DNA from: Mobula hypostoma
Lineage: Eukaryota
Assembly: GCF_963921235.1 (NCBI RefSeq)
Contig: NC_086097.1
Coordinates: 102,178,001 to 102,242,000 of the forward strand
Reading direction: 5' to 3'
Length of the DNA stretch: 64,000 nt
Every line of letters begins with the position of its first letter. Position 1 is the first letter of the stretch. Below the pieces are notes generated by a model. It saw nothing but the letters and a program-made list of their open reading frames with translations, was not told the origin of the DNA and did no database searches. This document shows, piece after piece, positions 51,961 through 64,000 of the stretch. The position numbers and the translations under genes are program-made.

Positions 51961-53905
51961 GCTGAACAGGGTTGTACGGTGGCTGGTGGTTGTGGAAAGA
52001 GAAAGTTGAGTTGTGACTGGAAAATGGCGGGAAGGGAGAGAACATCAAGGAAAGAGCCAAGCTGCTGAAGGAAGTTTTTGGTGAAAGTGGAAGTGAACTA
52101 GAGACGGAAGTCAGTGGGAAAGAGGAACGGAATGGAAAGAGGAAGAAAAGAAAGCAGAGCTACGGGATATCAGACTCTGAGGAGTCAGCGGATGATCAAA
52201 GCAGGACAGCAAAACAATGGAAAGAAGATGAGATTAAAGCAATCATAAAACTAAGTGAAGACGGGGTGTCTTTTGGTGATTGGAACCCGATTCATTTGAT
52301 GAAGATGCTCAACAAAATTATAGGTGAGGTTAAAGGAGCAAAGACTTTACGAAATGGATCGCTATTAGTGATATGTCGGGATAGTGCCCAGCAAGGTAAA
52401 GTGCTAAGATTATGTAAAATAGATGGCAAAGTACAATGCTCAGTACCCAACAATAGAAAGTGGACTAGAAGAGTTATTTCGGGGATACCAACAAAAGTTA
52501 CTATGGATGAGATTAAACAGAACATAAAAGGAGCAAAAATTATTGAGGCCAGATGTTTGAAAGTTACAAGAAACAGGAAAAAGTGTGATAGTTTATCAGT
52601 AATGATTAACTTTGATGAAGAGAGATTGCCGACTAATGTTTACTCAGGGTATGTGTGTTATGCAGTTAGAATATATATACCACCGCCTTTAAGATGCTAT
52701 AAATGTCAGAAATTCGGACACATTGCGGCAGTTTGCAGAGGAAAACAAAGATGTGGGAGATGTGCTGGAGAACATGAATATGGGAAATGTGAAGTGGGAG
52801 CTAGGCTGAAATGCTGCAATTGTGACGAGGAACACAGCGCAGCTTATTGAGGGTGCACTTACAGAAGAAGGCAGCTGAGACAATATGTAAAAGTAACTCA
52901 AGGAATCAGTTATGCAGAGGCAGTGAAAGAATTTGATGAAAAAAGGCTGTCAAGCAAACAAGTACAGGGAATAATAAACTGGTGAATTGTGAGAGCTGTA
53001 ATATGAAAAATAAGGATACACTATTAATGAGTAGAAAGGAGTTCGTGCTTTTTATGGTGGATGCAATTAATTGTTCAGCGCAAACAAGCAAAAGAACTGG
53101 GAAAATTAAAATCATCAAGTCTGCAGAAAAGTATCTTGGTATTAAAGGAATTAGGTGGGAAGAAGTCAAAGAAACGCTGAATGGAGGATCCAACAGTTCA
53201 CAGGCAGGGGAAATGGAATCTTAATGGCAGTATATTTATCGTAAATGGTCGAGAACTTATGAAATGTTTCAGAATTTAAGGAAAATCCTCAGATTTTATG
53301 GTTGAAGCCCAGCGTAAATGTGCAGAACTCCAACAACAAAGAAGTACCCGACAAGAACAACGGTGAATTGGAAAATGGAGGAAATTATTACAAGGATACA
53401 AAAGGAAAAGGAATTTGTTGCAAAGTGAATTATCTACATTCAGATTATAAAATGAAAACATGGAAGCAAATGAAGAAGAACTCTGAGGTCTCAGTAAACA
53501 ACTGCAGGCTACGATCCAAGAAAAGGAAAGCATGGAAAAGCAGATAGACTTGGAAAAACAACAATTTTAAAAGTACAACGTGCGATAATTACTATTCTTT
53601 AACAAGACGATTTTAGTCTTACAAGTGATGTAGATGAAATCAATGTAACTGAGGTAATGCAACTACATGAAAACGTGACATAATTAGGGAAGAATAGCAG
53701 TTTGCGGCATTATCTAATGAGCGCATCAAGTATTCATGAGGAATTGCAACTACACAGTGATGCTAATAGAGAACTGCAGGCTGAACTAGATTGTCTAAAG
53801 TAGGGAACTCCAGGACATATTTGGTTGGAATACCACAAGTCTAGCAGGTGGCAGTAATGCACTGAAAACTGGTTGCCAACCGCCATAAAACAAAAAAGAA
53901 TAGAA
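51961..53905 (+). mobile_element. Nimb/I-clade LINE derivative (ORF1 plus 3' tail, ORF2 missing)
   Basis: ORF1 with three CCHC knuckles (RCYKCQKFGH..C, CGRCAGEH...C, CCNCDEEH); 3' end ggtggcagtaatgcac...gttgccaaccgcc plus an A/AAG-rich tail. Confidence 0.8.
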
Positions 53906-53951
53906 GGTGGTCCAGTTGCATGTGAGTCAATATCCTGGCAAAAACTACACC

Positions 53952-54943
53952 ATGAAGACAAAAGAACACTCCAAGCAACTCTGTGAAAAGGTTATTGAAA
54001 AGCACAAGTCAAGAGATGGATACAAGAAAATTTCCAAGTCACTAAAGATCCTTTGGAATACAGTTAAGTCAATCATCAAGAAATGGAAAGAATATGGCAC
54101 AGTTGTAAATCTGCCTAGATCAGGTTATCCTCAAAAACTGAGTGACTGTGCAAGAAGGGGACTAGTGAGGGAGGCCACCAAGAGACCTATGACAACTCTG
54201 GAGGAGTTACAAGCTTCAGTGGTTGAGATGGGAGAGACTGTGCATACAACAGCTGTTGCCCAGGTGCTTCACCAGTCACAGCTTTATGGGAGAGTGGCAA
54301 AGAGAAAGCCACTGCTGGGGAAAAAAATAACTCACACGAAATCTTCGCTAGAGTTTGCCAACAGGTATGTGGGAGACTCTGAAGTCAGCTGGAAGGAGGT
54401 TCTATGGTCTGATGAAACCAAAATTGAGTTTTTTGACCATCAGACTAAATGCTAAATTTGGTCAGAAACACACCATCCCTACTGTGAAGCACGGTGGTGG
54501 CTGCATCAAGCTGTGGGGATGCTTCAGTGCAGCAGGCCGTGGAAGGCTTGTGAAGGTAGAGGGTAAAATGAATGCAGCAAAATGCAAGGAAGACCCAGAG
54601 GAAAACCTGATGCAGTCTGCAAGAGAACTGTGACTTGGGAGAAGATTTGTTTTCCAGTAAGACAATGACCCCAAACATAAAGCCAAAGCTACACAGGAAT
54701 GGCTTAAAAACAACAAAGTTAATGTCCTGGAGTGGCCAAGTCAGAGCCCAGACCTCAATCCTATTGAGAATTTGTGACTGGTCTTGAAAAGGGCTGTTCA
54801 CTCATGATCCACATAAACCTTGGGCAGTCTTGTTAGGAAGAATGGGGAAAATTGCAGTGTCCAGATGTGCAAAGCTGACAGAGACCGATCCACACAGACT
54901 CACGGCTGTAATTGCTGCCAAAGGTGCATCTACTAAATACTGA
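53952..54943 (+). pseudogene. Tc1 DDE transposase, disrupted
   Basis: [51 protein letters not shown] and AKGASTKY*; has stops and a deletion. Confidence 0.92.
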
Positions 54944-55160
54944 CTTGAAGGGGGAATATACTTATGCAATCAATTATTTTGTGTTTTATATTTGCAATTA
55001 ACTTAGATCACTTTGTAGAGATCTGTTTTCACTTTGATATGAAAGTCTTTTTCTCTTGATCAGTGTCCAAAAAAAGCCAAATTAAATCCCCACTGTGATT
55101 CAATGTTATAAAACATGGAAACTTCTGGGGGGGGGGGGGATACTTTTTATAGACACTGTA

Positions 55161-56330
55161 TGATGGTGGAGAGGAAATAGATGGTCCTGAAATATCAAGT
55201 GTGTGCCTTCAGGCTCATGTACTTCCTTCCAGATGGTAGCAATGAGAAGAGGGCATGTCCTGGCTGATGGGGGTCCTTCCAAAGGTGTCCTGGATGCTGG
55301 GGAGGCTGATGGAGCTGGCTGAGTTTACAACTTTCTGATCCTGTGCAGTGGCCCCTCCATACCAGACAGTGATGCAGCCCATTAGAATGTTCTCCACTGC
55401 ACATCCGTAAAAATTTGCGAGTATCTTTGGTGACATACCAAATCTCCTCAGACTCCTAATGAAATACAGCCACTGCCATGCCTTCTTTGTAAATGCACTG
55501 ATATGCTGGGTCCAGGATGGATCTTGAGAGGTGTTGACACCCAGGCACTTGAAACTGCTCACCCTTTCCACTTCTGATCCCTCGATGAGGACTGGTGTTT
55601 GTTCCCTTGACTTGTTCTTCCTGAAGTCCATAGTCGATTCCTTGGTCTTACTGGTGTTGAGTGCAAGGTTGTTGTGACAGCACTCCACTATCGATCCAGC
55701 TAATCTCTCTGTCTTCTGTGCCCCTCATCATCACCATCTGAAATTCTGCCAACAATAGTCATGTCATTGGGAAATTCATAGATGGCATTTGAGCTATGCC
55801 TACCCAACAATTATGGGTATAGAGAGAGAGTAGAGCAGTGGGCTAAACACACATCCTTGAGGTGCACCAGTGTTGATTGTCAGTGAGGTGGAGATGTTAT
55901 TTCCAATCCACACAGACTGTGGTCTCCCGATGAGGAAGTCACTGGTCCAGTGACAGAGAGGTCCAGAGGCCCAGGTTTGGAGCTTGTTGATTAGAACTGA
56001 GGTATGATGATGTTGAATGCTGAGCTGTAGTCAATTAACAGCAGCCTGACATGGGTATTGTCCAGGTAATCCAAGTCCAAATGGAGACCAGTGAGATTGC
56101 ATCTGCTGTAGACCTATTGTGGCAATAGGCAAATTACAACAGGTCCAGGACCTTGCATAGGCAGAAGTTGGTCATCAACCTCTCAAAGCACTTCATCAAA
56201 ATAAATGTGAGTGTAACTGGGCAACAGTCACTGACATGGCTCACCCTGCTCTTGGGCACTGGTTTGATTGTTGGCAACCTATGACGGGCAAGCATGCCAT
56301 AGGCATTTTTACCAGCTGATCTGATGTTGC
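55161..56330 (-). mobile_element. Rex1/Babar LINE (its 3' UTR continues at ~51485-51683, split by the Tc1)
   Basis: NNLALNTSKTKE..DFRK, FKCLGV, LYFIRSLRRFG and MKCFERL motifs. Confidence 0.85.
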
Positions 56331-56549
56331 TACTTTTAGTGTCTTGTGGCTTTGCACCCAAGACCACTCCAAGATCCTGCTACCTACTACATACTTTCCT
56401 CCTTGCATATGGCCTCATTTCACATCAGCAACATTTTACATTTGTCTGGACTGAGCTCCATCTACCACTTTACTGCCTATTTTTCTGTTGATAATCTTCC
56501 TCACCATCCACAACTTAATTTTTATGTAGTCTATTGAGGAGGGTCTCAG

Positions 56550-56913
56550 AATTGACCATGGATATTGTCTTAGCTGTCTAGATACACATACCCAGGCAGT
56601 ACGATATGGAGAGCAAACTGTTCCCCATGTAGCAAGCTCCCCCCCCCCCCACCCCCCACACACATCTGATGAACCTAAAGGAACGGCAGAGGCCGAAACA
56701 GTCTGGCACCAGCAGCATCGCAGGAGTTGCCAGTCAGCATTGAGTTCAATGTAGGGCTGCCTCAGGGACTCCAGCTCCAGATTTTTCCCTCTGGATTTAC
56801 TCCCAAAGTCTTCCCCATGAGTGGGTATAGCCACAAGGCAAAGGAGGTTTGAGATCAGGGTTTTCCTTCTCCTAGATGAGCTGCCAAGCACGGCTGATGA
56901 GCCCCATCTGCCC
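56550..56913 (-). mobile_element. RTE-type non-autonomous short element
   Basis: Minus-strand start gggcagatggggctcatcagcc...catctaggagaaggaaaac resembles RTE 5' UTR motifs; no coding similarity. Confidence 0.55.
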
Positions 56914-58589
56914 AAAGTGGAACATCACTGGTTAGAGAACTCCAGTCAGAATAATACCCCCTCCACCACCACCTTCCATCTTCTAAGGAAAAGCCAAATC
57001 TTAATCCAATCTATCAAGTCATCAATTATCTGTGGAGTTTCAATTTCAAATGTACCATCACTATACCTTTCAATGCAGGTGCTTTATAAAATGGTGAAAA
57101 TTCTATTTGCATTATACGTTTTCCTTTTCTTTATAACATGGTACTTTGATCCAAAGGTTTAAGGCACACGATGACTTGGTAGACCAGATTCAAAACTGCA
57201 CCAACAGTATATAATTACTACAGCATGCTTTTGGAACACCTTGTGAAATACCAAGTTATTGTTGGAAGACAGTATGGGTATCTGTATTTGTTTTCTGACA
57301 ATTTATGCAAATACATAATGCCTATTGGTGTAAAACTGGCAACATTCAACCATGTATTTGTTTCTATTTGCACAATATCAAACCAACAGCAGAGGAGATG
57401 CCAGATCTTTGAAAGCACAAATCAATTTGTCCTAATCTGTTGCTATATTTTCCACAAAATTGCTTCTTTTTCTTTATCAAAGCCACTGATTAGATCATTC
57501 ATGAATGTGACAGGTTGAACAATGCCAGCACATCCATTTCAGTCTTCCCACCTTCCATCAATGTTTCTCCATCCAGCTGGACTCTGCCGTACTTGCCTGG
57601 CTCTATGTTGTTTTCCAACTTGAGTCCGAGTCATCCACAGCAGCCTTGCTACACAACCCAACATCAGTACCTCTGGTGTTTCCATCTTTGGCCCCTCCTG
57701 CAACTCATCTGCAGGTTGCATATGGCATGACCATGCAAAAATACCAGTCCTACCTCTCACAGCTTTACCTCCTCTCTTCCTCCTCCAGAGCCTTAAACTG
57801 ACCGATCACTCGTAATGGACAGCAGAAACATGCACAAGTAAAAATAGGGAAGCCTGAAGTTATTGACTTTGGATCTGGGTGAAATCTGTTCCACTGCCAT
57901 CAGCTCTCCAGCCCTCGACCATCATTCTGAAGCTGAATGGGACTGCCTACTATCTTGGTATCACATATGACTCAAAGATGAACTTTCTGCCAAAGTCAGC
58001 ATTGATGCCATCACCAAATCGTCCATTTCCATCTGATAAAGCTTCCTGATTCACCAACCTTTCACACAGAAAATATCTGATTTTTCACTTGCCACTATTT
58101 TCCTCACTTTCCTTTTCACAGAAATCAAAATAAAAGGTATTTCCACATTTCTCTTGACACACTAAAGGTGTAATTGTGCTGGAGAGAGTACAGATGAGGT
58201 TCAACACGAGAAAATATTTCAGCAACCTAAAATAGAAGATTTTAAGAGGGAATTATTTACTCCCTCATTTAAATTTCTCAGCTGATCTTTCACCTCAGCA
58301 CCACTTTCTCCCACTAATTCCAGATCTCTCGATTCCCTTAACAGGTAAAAATGTAATGACCTTTCTCCTGAATATATTGACGACAGTCTCTATAACCCTA
58401 TTTATCAGAGAATTCCAAAGAGTTAACAATCTTGAGCTAACCATTTTTTTTTCTCACATCTTTGCAAAATTAGCTCCATATTCACAGACAGTGGCCCTGG
58501 TTCCAGACAACAGATTTTACTTTGACTGTATATTCTTAGTACCTGTCTGCATCTTCCTCATAGCCCGTTCTGTACTGTCAGAGAGATAA

Positions 58590-58822
58590 CATAGCAGTCA
58601 GCGTCATGTTATTATGGGCCAGCAACCAGAGTTTAATCACCACCACTGTTTGTACGTTCTCCTTGCAACCACATCGGTTTCCTCCCACAGTCCAAAGCTG
58701 CACCAGTTAGTAGGTTAACCAGTCATTGTAAATAGTCCTGCGACTAGGCTGGGATTAAACAGATGGGTTTTTAGGTGGGTCAAAAGAGCCAGTTTTGCAC
58801 CGTAACTCCAACCAAAATAAAA
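58590..58822 (+). mobile_element. V-SINE remnant
   Basis: tttgtacgttctcc...ggtttcctcccacagtccaaag motif and an A-rich tail. Confidence 0.65.
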
Positions 58823-60290
58823 TTTGTATGTCTTGTACTTAACACCCTCGTCCAACAATCAATACTGTGAACAGCTAAGGTCCAAATCAGATCATTTTGT
58901 TGTTTTAAATCAAATAAATTAAATCTTCTGTATTTTTTTTTAAATCTTTCTCTAACAAAGTCATTCTTTTCCAGTGATATAAATGGAGACGATGGAAGTG
59001 CCATGTGGTCTTGTATGCTCATTTAGCCTCAAGTGGTAACTGCTTTTCTCCCCACAAATTCTGCCTGACCTGCTGTGTATTTCTGGCTATTATTGCAGCA
59101 CAGGTACATCAGGATATTCCCCCAGCCCATGTTCTGAGAAACTACAGGTCTTCACCAAAAGAACACTTTGACACCAGCCTATTTGCTGTGCAGAATATGG
59201 CATGTTTGACCAGGAGTCCCAAGCTCTTGCAAAGATACAGAACTAAACACTGGCAACTTTGTGTCAGCGTGGCAGGTCTTCAACTGAGACCCATGTAGGA
59301 CCTTGTAGTTAACCAACCAATCTATCAAATACAATTGTGGAATCACACTGGTTTTAGAACAGGAGAACATTCAATCTATTGTGTCCGTGCTAGCTCTCTA
59401 CCAGAGCATCTCAACAGATCCATCCCTAGGAGATGCAAGACGCTGATGCTGCAGTCGGGAGTTAACTGCTCAGAAACTCTGCTGGTCAAGCAGCATCTGT
59501 AGAGGCAAGATGACCAGTCTACAGGTGACACAGCTGCTGATAAGAGGCTGTAGTACACTGTCTCAAAATCCGCAGCACTTTCTCCATTACCTTGCTAAAG
59601 TTTTCCTCACCATTTATCTATCCAATTCCTCGCTGAAGGCCACAATGGATCCTGCCTCCACCTCATCAGCTGGTAATGTACAATGCAAAAAGGTTTATCT
59701 TTGTTACCATTTTTAAATTTTCTTCCCTTTTATTTCTGACCTCTAGAACTTGACACTAACAGTGGAAATAGCCTCACACCACCCACTCAATCCAGATTCA
59801 TTTTGTATACTTCCTTTAAATCTTTCTCTTCTCCAAGAAAAACAGTTGCAGACATCCTAATCTATCAAAGTAACTAATCTCTCATCTCAGGAACCATTCC
59901 CAAAAATATTTTCTGGACTCTCCTCAATACCTCCATATTATTCCTCACAAAGCTCCAGCTGAGGACTGAGTCATCTTTTACAAAGGTTCTCTACTTTTAT
60001 TCTCCATGACTCGACTGACAAAGCCCAGATTTCTAAGATTCATACAGCTGGGAATGAGGCCATTTAACCCATCGTGTTTACACTGGCCAGTAGGTACCCT
60101 TCCAAATTAATCCCATCTTCCAGTGCTGAGTAACGTATGGATCTATTTCTTTTAGAGCAATGACCTGGCCCCCCCCCCCAGCACTACGCATTGATCTTTT
60201 GACTACGCATGTGCATGGTTCTCCCTCTCACTCGTGAATACAGCAGTTAAAGCCATTTCCCATGTACGTGCCTTATTTAATCGATATGTA

Positions 60291-60497
60291 ACATACATCA
60301 AAGTTGCTGGTGAACGCAGCAGGCCAGGCAGCATCTATAGGAAGAGGCGCAGTCGACGTTTCAGGCCGAGAAGAGTCTCGGCCTGAAACGTCGACTGCGC
60401 CTCTTCCTACAGATGCTGCCTGGCCTGCTGCGTTCACCAGCAACTTTGATGTGTGTTGCTTGAATTTCCAGCATCTGCAGAATTCCTGTTGTTTGCG
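60291..60497 (+). mobile_element. Very young Penelope-derived fold-back mini-insertion inside the Gypsy LTR
   Basis: 15-bp perfect TSD tttaatcgatatgta (60276-60290, 60498-60512); ~82-bp arms with 2 mismatches around a 4-nt loop (60372-60375); 40-nt unpaired tail. Confidence 0.95.
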
Positions 60498-60850
60498 TTT
60501 AATCGATATGTAGTTCTGCACAGAAACAACAAATTGGTGACAAGTATGAACCTGTATGTCAGAGAACATCACCAACTGCACTGACGGTTACGAGACTAAA
60601 CAGTGAGAGTTAAACAACACATGAAAGCCGTCACAGACGCTAACAAAGGCGTGAGTACAGCATAGTACACAGGGAAAGATGCACTGAATTTAAAGTGAAA
60701 ATAAGGCGGTGATGGCTTCACTCAGGAAAGCTGATAAATTGGGTGGTGTTAATGAAGGCTGGGAGTCATATCGAGAGGGTGGAACCGTATAAACATTTAA
60801 CACGAACAATGTGGAGGAGCAAATGAAAGCTCCTGCACAGCTTAGTTTAA

Positions 60851-61273
60851 TGGTGCACGAACATACAGTCTCTTGCACAACTGAGTAACCTCACAAATGG
60901 TGCGCGAACATACAGTCTCTTGCACAACTGAGTAACCTCACAAATGGTGCGCGAACATACAGTCTCTTGCACAACTGAGTAACCTCACAAATGGTGCGCG
61001 AACATACAGTCTCTTGCACAACTGAGTAACCTCACAAATGGTGCGCGAACATACAGTCTCTTGCACAACTGAGTAACCTCACAAATGGTGCGCGAACATA
61101 CAGTCTCTTGCACAACTGAGTAACCTCACAAATGGTGCGCGAACATACAGTCTCTTGCACAACTGAGTAACCTCACAAATGGTGCGCGAACATACAGTCT
61201 CTTGCACAACTGAGTAACCTCACAAATGGTGCGCGAACATACAGTCTCTTACACAACTTAGTAACCTCACAAA
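60851..61273 (+). repeat. Tandem repeat, 9 x 47 bp, inside Gypsy gag
   Basis: Unit tggtgcgcgaacatacagtctcttgcacaactgagtaacctcacaaa, head-to-tail, no spacers. Confidence 0.97.
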
Positions 61274-63019
61274 GCCTCGCCAAAATCGTTACATTTTTTA
61301 CAAAATCACTTGAGTCTTAAACTGCTGGTAATAGCTGAGAAATTTAGATTTTACAAAAGGAACAAATCAAAAGATGAAAGCATTTCTGAATACATTGTAG
61401 AACTGTGCAGTTTCCCAGTACTGCGACTTTAGAGATGAACTTTATCATACATTAAGGGACAGGTTTGTATGTGACATGCATTGTCAAAGCACTCAGAAGA
61501 GGCTACTATCCAAAAGAGACCTAACCTCAGAATGGGAATTGACCATTACAATGTATTTAGAGACTGTAGAAAAAGAGGTTAGAATGTGAAATGTACAAAA
61601 TGTCCCCGAATGGTGCAAAAAGACAAATGCTCTCAATGTGGCCAATCCTCCCATGATAAAAATGGCTGTTAGTTCAAAGAAAGTCTGCAGAAACTGTTAC
61701 AAACAATGTCACGTAGAGAGAAATATGCTAGACAGACCAAAAGCACAACCATGTGAAAAGTCTTAAACACAAAACTAAGCAAATGTATAAAGTTAGCAAA
61801 TGTAAAACAGAATCAGACAACATAGAGTCTGACAGGTGAACTGTTATGACTAGAACTGCATAGTATAACTGAGGCAGATCACAATAGATGTGTCTGGTTT
61901 AAAACTAAAAATGGAGCTGGATACAGGATCAGCTCTGTCCATAATTCCAGAGGCTGACTACAGACTCTTTTCTAAAGACCTACACTGGCGACAAAGTGTC
62001 TCCATAAGGCAAACAGAAAGCAGATGATGTATGGATGCCAAACACAACAGTTGGAGCTTTGTGTGTTGAAAAGTGGAGGGCCAGCACTTTTTGAACGTGG
62101 TTTTGAAAACTCCAATGAGACTGGTACTCAATCAAAGCTCTCAATGTGAGATCAATAGGCAACAGCAGCCTAAATGGTAGCACTCAACAGAGACAGGCAC
62201 AGCCGCTTAATGCTAAAGAGGTGTTTGAGAAAGGGAAAAAATATGGTAAATTCAAAGGCACGAAGGCCAGAATTGAACAGCAACACCAAGATTTCATAAA
62301 GCACATCCAGTAGCTTGCAAACTCCATCCTAAAATGGATGCCGAACTGCAGAGCTTGGGGGCGTCTGGAATTCCTTCCAAGGTTGAGTTGGACGATTAAG
62401 CCATGCCCATTGTCCTGGTGATCAAGGAGGGAAGATCTGAGCCGTTGGGATGCTGGGATTTCAAAGTGACCATCAATCCAGTGGCTACATACTGTGCAGT
62501 ATACCCTGTCACAAATAGAAGGCTTTTTCTTTGCATCTTTGGCAGGTGGGGAGGGATTTTCAAAGACTGCCTATTTGCAAATGGAGACCAAGGAGTCAAA
62601 CAAAGTTTCTCACAATCAACACTCACAAGGGACTGTTCCAGTAGAATTATCTCATCTTTGGCATTGCATCAGCTCCAGCAATTTGGCAAAGAGCAATGGA
62701 CCAAGAGCTCCAAGATATCCCAGGAACACAGTGTTGCCAGTCACAATGCTGTCATCAAGGTAAGAATGGTAAAGAGCGCCTCCAAACCCTTGGAGAAGTG
62801 TTAACCCAGCAGAGTGAGTATGGGCTGTGTGCAGAGAGAAATGGGTTTTTCAAGAATGAAATTTCATTGTGGACATGTCATTGACAAGCAGGGCTTACGT
62901 AAGTCACAAGAGAAGACTGAAGCAGTGCTACAGGCACCCAAACCAGAAAATGTGTCACAACCCAAGTCATACTTGGGCCTCGTAAACTAGTACCACCAGT
63001 TTCTCCCAAAAATTACTAC

Positions 63020-63478
63020 AGAACTGGGATTAACATACAAGGAGCATTTGACAGCTTTGGGCCTATACTCACTGGAGTTTAGAAGAATCCAGGGGGATCT
63101 CATTGAAACCTACCAAAAGTTGAAAGGACTGAATAGGGTGGATATAGAGAGGATGTTTCCTATGATGGGGATATCCAGAACTAGAGGGCACAGCCTCAAA
63201 GTTGAGGGATGACCTTTCAGAACAAAGACAAGAAGGTTTTTTTTTTATATATATATAAGTAGTGTGGTATATCTGGGCTACTCTGCCACAGACTGCGGTA
63301 GAGGCCAAGTCCCTGCATATATTTAAGGTGGAAATTGATTGTTTCCTGATCAGTCAGGACATCAAAGGATATGGTGAGGCAGGTGTATGGGGTTGAGTGG
63401 GATCCAGGATCAGACATGATAGAATGGTGGAGCAGTATCGATGGACTGAATGGCCTCATTCTGCTCCTATGTCCTATG
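63020..63478 (+). mobile_element. CR1 3' fragment inserted in Gypsy pol
   Basis: LGLYSLEFRRIQGDLIETY motif; tail ...ctgctcctatgtcctatgg. Confidence 0.9.
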
Positions 63479-64000
63479 GCACTCATTGAACACAGGAGCA
63501 AAGGGAGCATGGTCAGAAAGATGTGAAAAAGTATTAAAGGAAGCAAAGACTAATAACATCTGATGGTCTGCTCACCCATTAACCCATCCCTGCCCATCAG
63601 ACTGGCATGCAATGTGTCGCCTTATGGCATTGGAGCCGTTTTGTCACACATTATGAAAGATGGATCTGTGTTCGCTTTAACGTCACTGAGCGCAGAATGC
63701 AACTAAGCACAGATCAACCGAGAGGCCCTTAGTCTAGTATGGGCAATAAAGAAGTTCCACCACTACCTCTATGGATAAAAGTTTACATTAGTGACAGATC
63801 ACCAACCAGTGTCCAGTTCTCAATCCCAGGAAGGGAATTCCAGTGATGACATCTACCCGGTTACAACATTGGGCATTGTTCCTAGGAGCCACTCTTATGA
63901 CCTAAGCAACACAGCAATGGTGATGGCTTGTCATGTCTTCCACTACTGGCAACTGAAGAAAAGTCTTCATACTGTGACCCAGCAGGAGTGTTCCACACCG

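Larger units (their letters stand above)
51686..55158 (+). mobile_element. Tc1 (Passport-like) DNA transposon with long TIRs and a LINE inside
   Basis: TA-cagtg...cactg-TA; ~230-bp inverted repeats (51686-51915 and 54945-55158). Confidence 0.93.
60124..64000 (+). mobile_element. Gypsy/Ty3 LTR retrotransposon, degraded, running off the window
   Basis: 5' LTR ~60124-60531 (TG..CA) followed by PBS-like tggtgac (60535). gag; protease MELDTGSALS (61911); RT DFKVTINP; RNase H RLAC..SPYGIGAVLSH and REALSLVWAIKKFHHYLYG. Confidence 0.9.

Noticed and set aside
56660..56710. Hammerhead-like CTGATGA...GAAACAGTC on the + strand
   Set aside because: No stem I pairing, and stem II does not close next to the core; likely chance.
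60851..61273. CRISPR-like array
   Set aside because: Units are contiguous with no unique spacers, derive from gag, and lie in vertebrate DNA with no cas genes.

Overview
Eukaryotic (vertebrate) DNA, probably a cartilaginous fish such as a ray or skate. This is an inference from the repeat mix: CR1, Rex1/Babar, HE1/V-SINE-like and Penelope elements. One protein-coding gene crosses the window on the minus strand, a MIDEAS (ELMSAN1)-like HDAC1/2 co-repressor scaffold. Three coding exons have clean GT-AG borders and matching phases: CDS 41031-39127, 9315-9034 and 4587-4248. The ELM2-SANT exons must lie left of the window, and no first exon or promoter is recognisable within it. The rest is intron filled with nested transposons: CR1, Rex1/Babar, L1/Tx1, Nimb, Penelope, hAT-Charlie/Buster, Passport-like Tc1, a Tigger-like MITE, a solo LTR, Gypsy and tRNA- or RTE-derived SINEs. 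The most notable non-obvious signals are: (1) a family of ~190-210 bp Penelope-derived fold-back insertions with target-site duplications (TSDs) whose hairpin apex falls inside a hammerhead-ribozyme motif; (2) a 2.5 kb minisatellite grown from the core of a V-SINE, giving a UG-rich intronic RNA full of GUGAGU hexamers; (3) a 9x47 bp minisatellite born inside a Gypsy gag; (4) a hAT element carrying nested retroelements and a Tc1 element carrying a LINE ORF1. No prokaryotic features such as CRISPR arrays or operons are present. Family assignments come from remembered motifs, not database searches.
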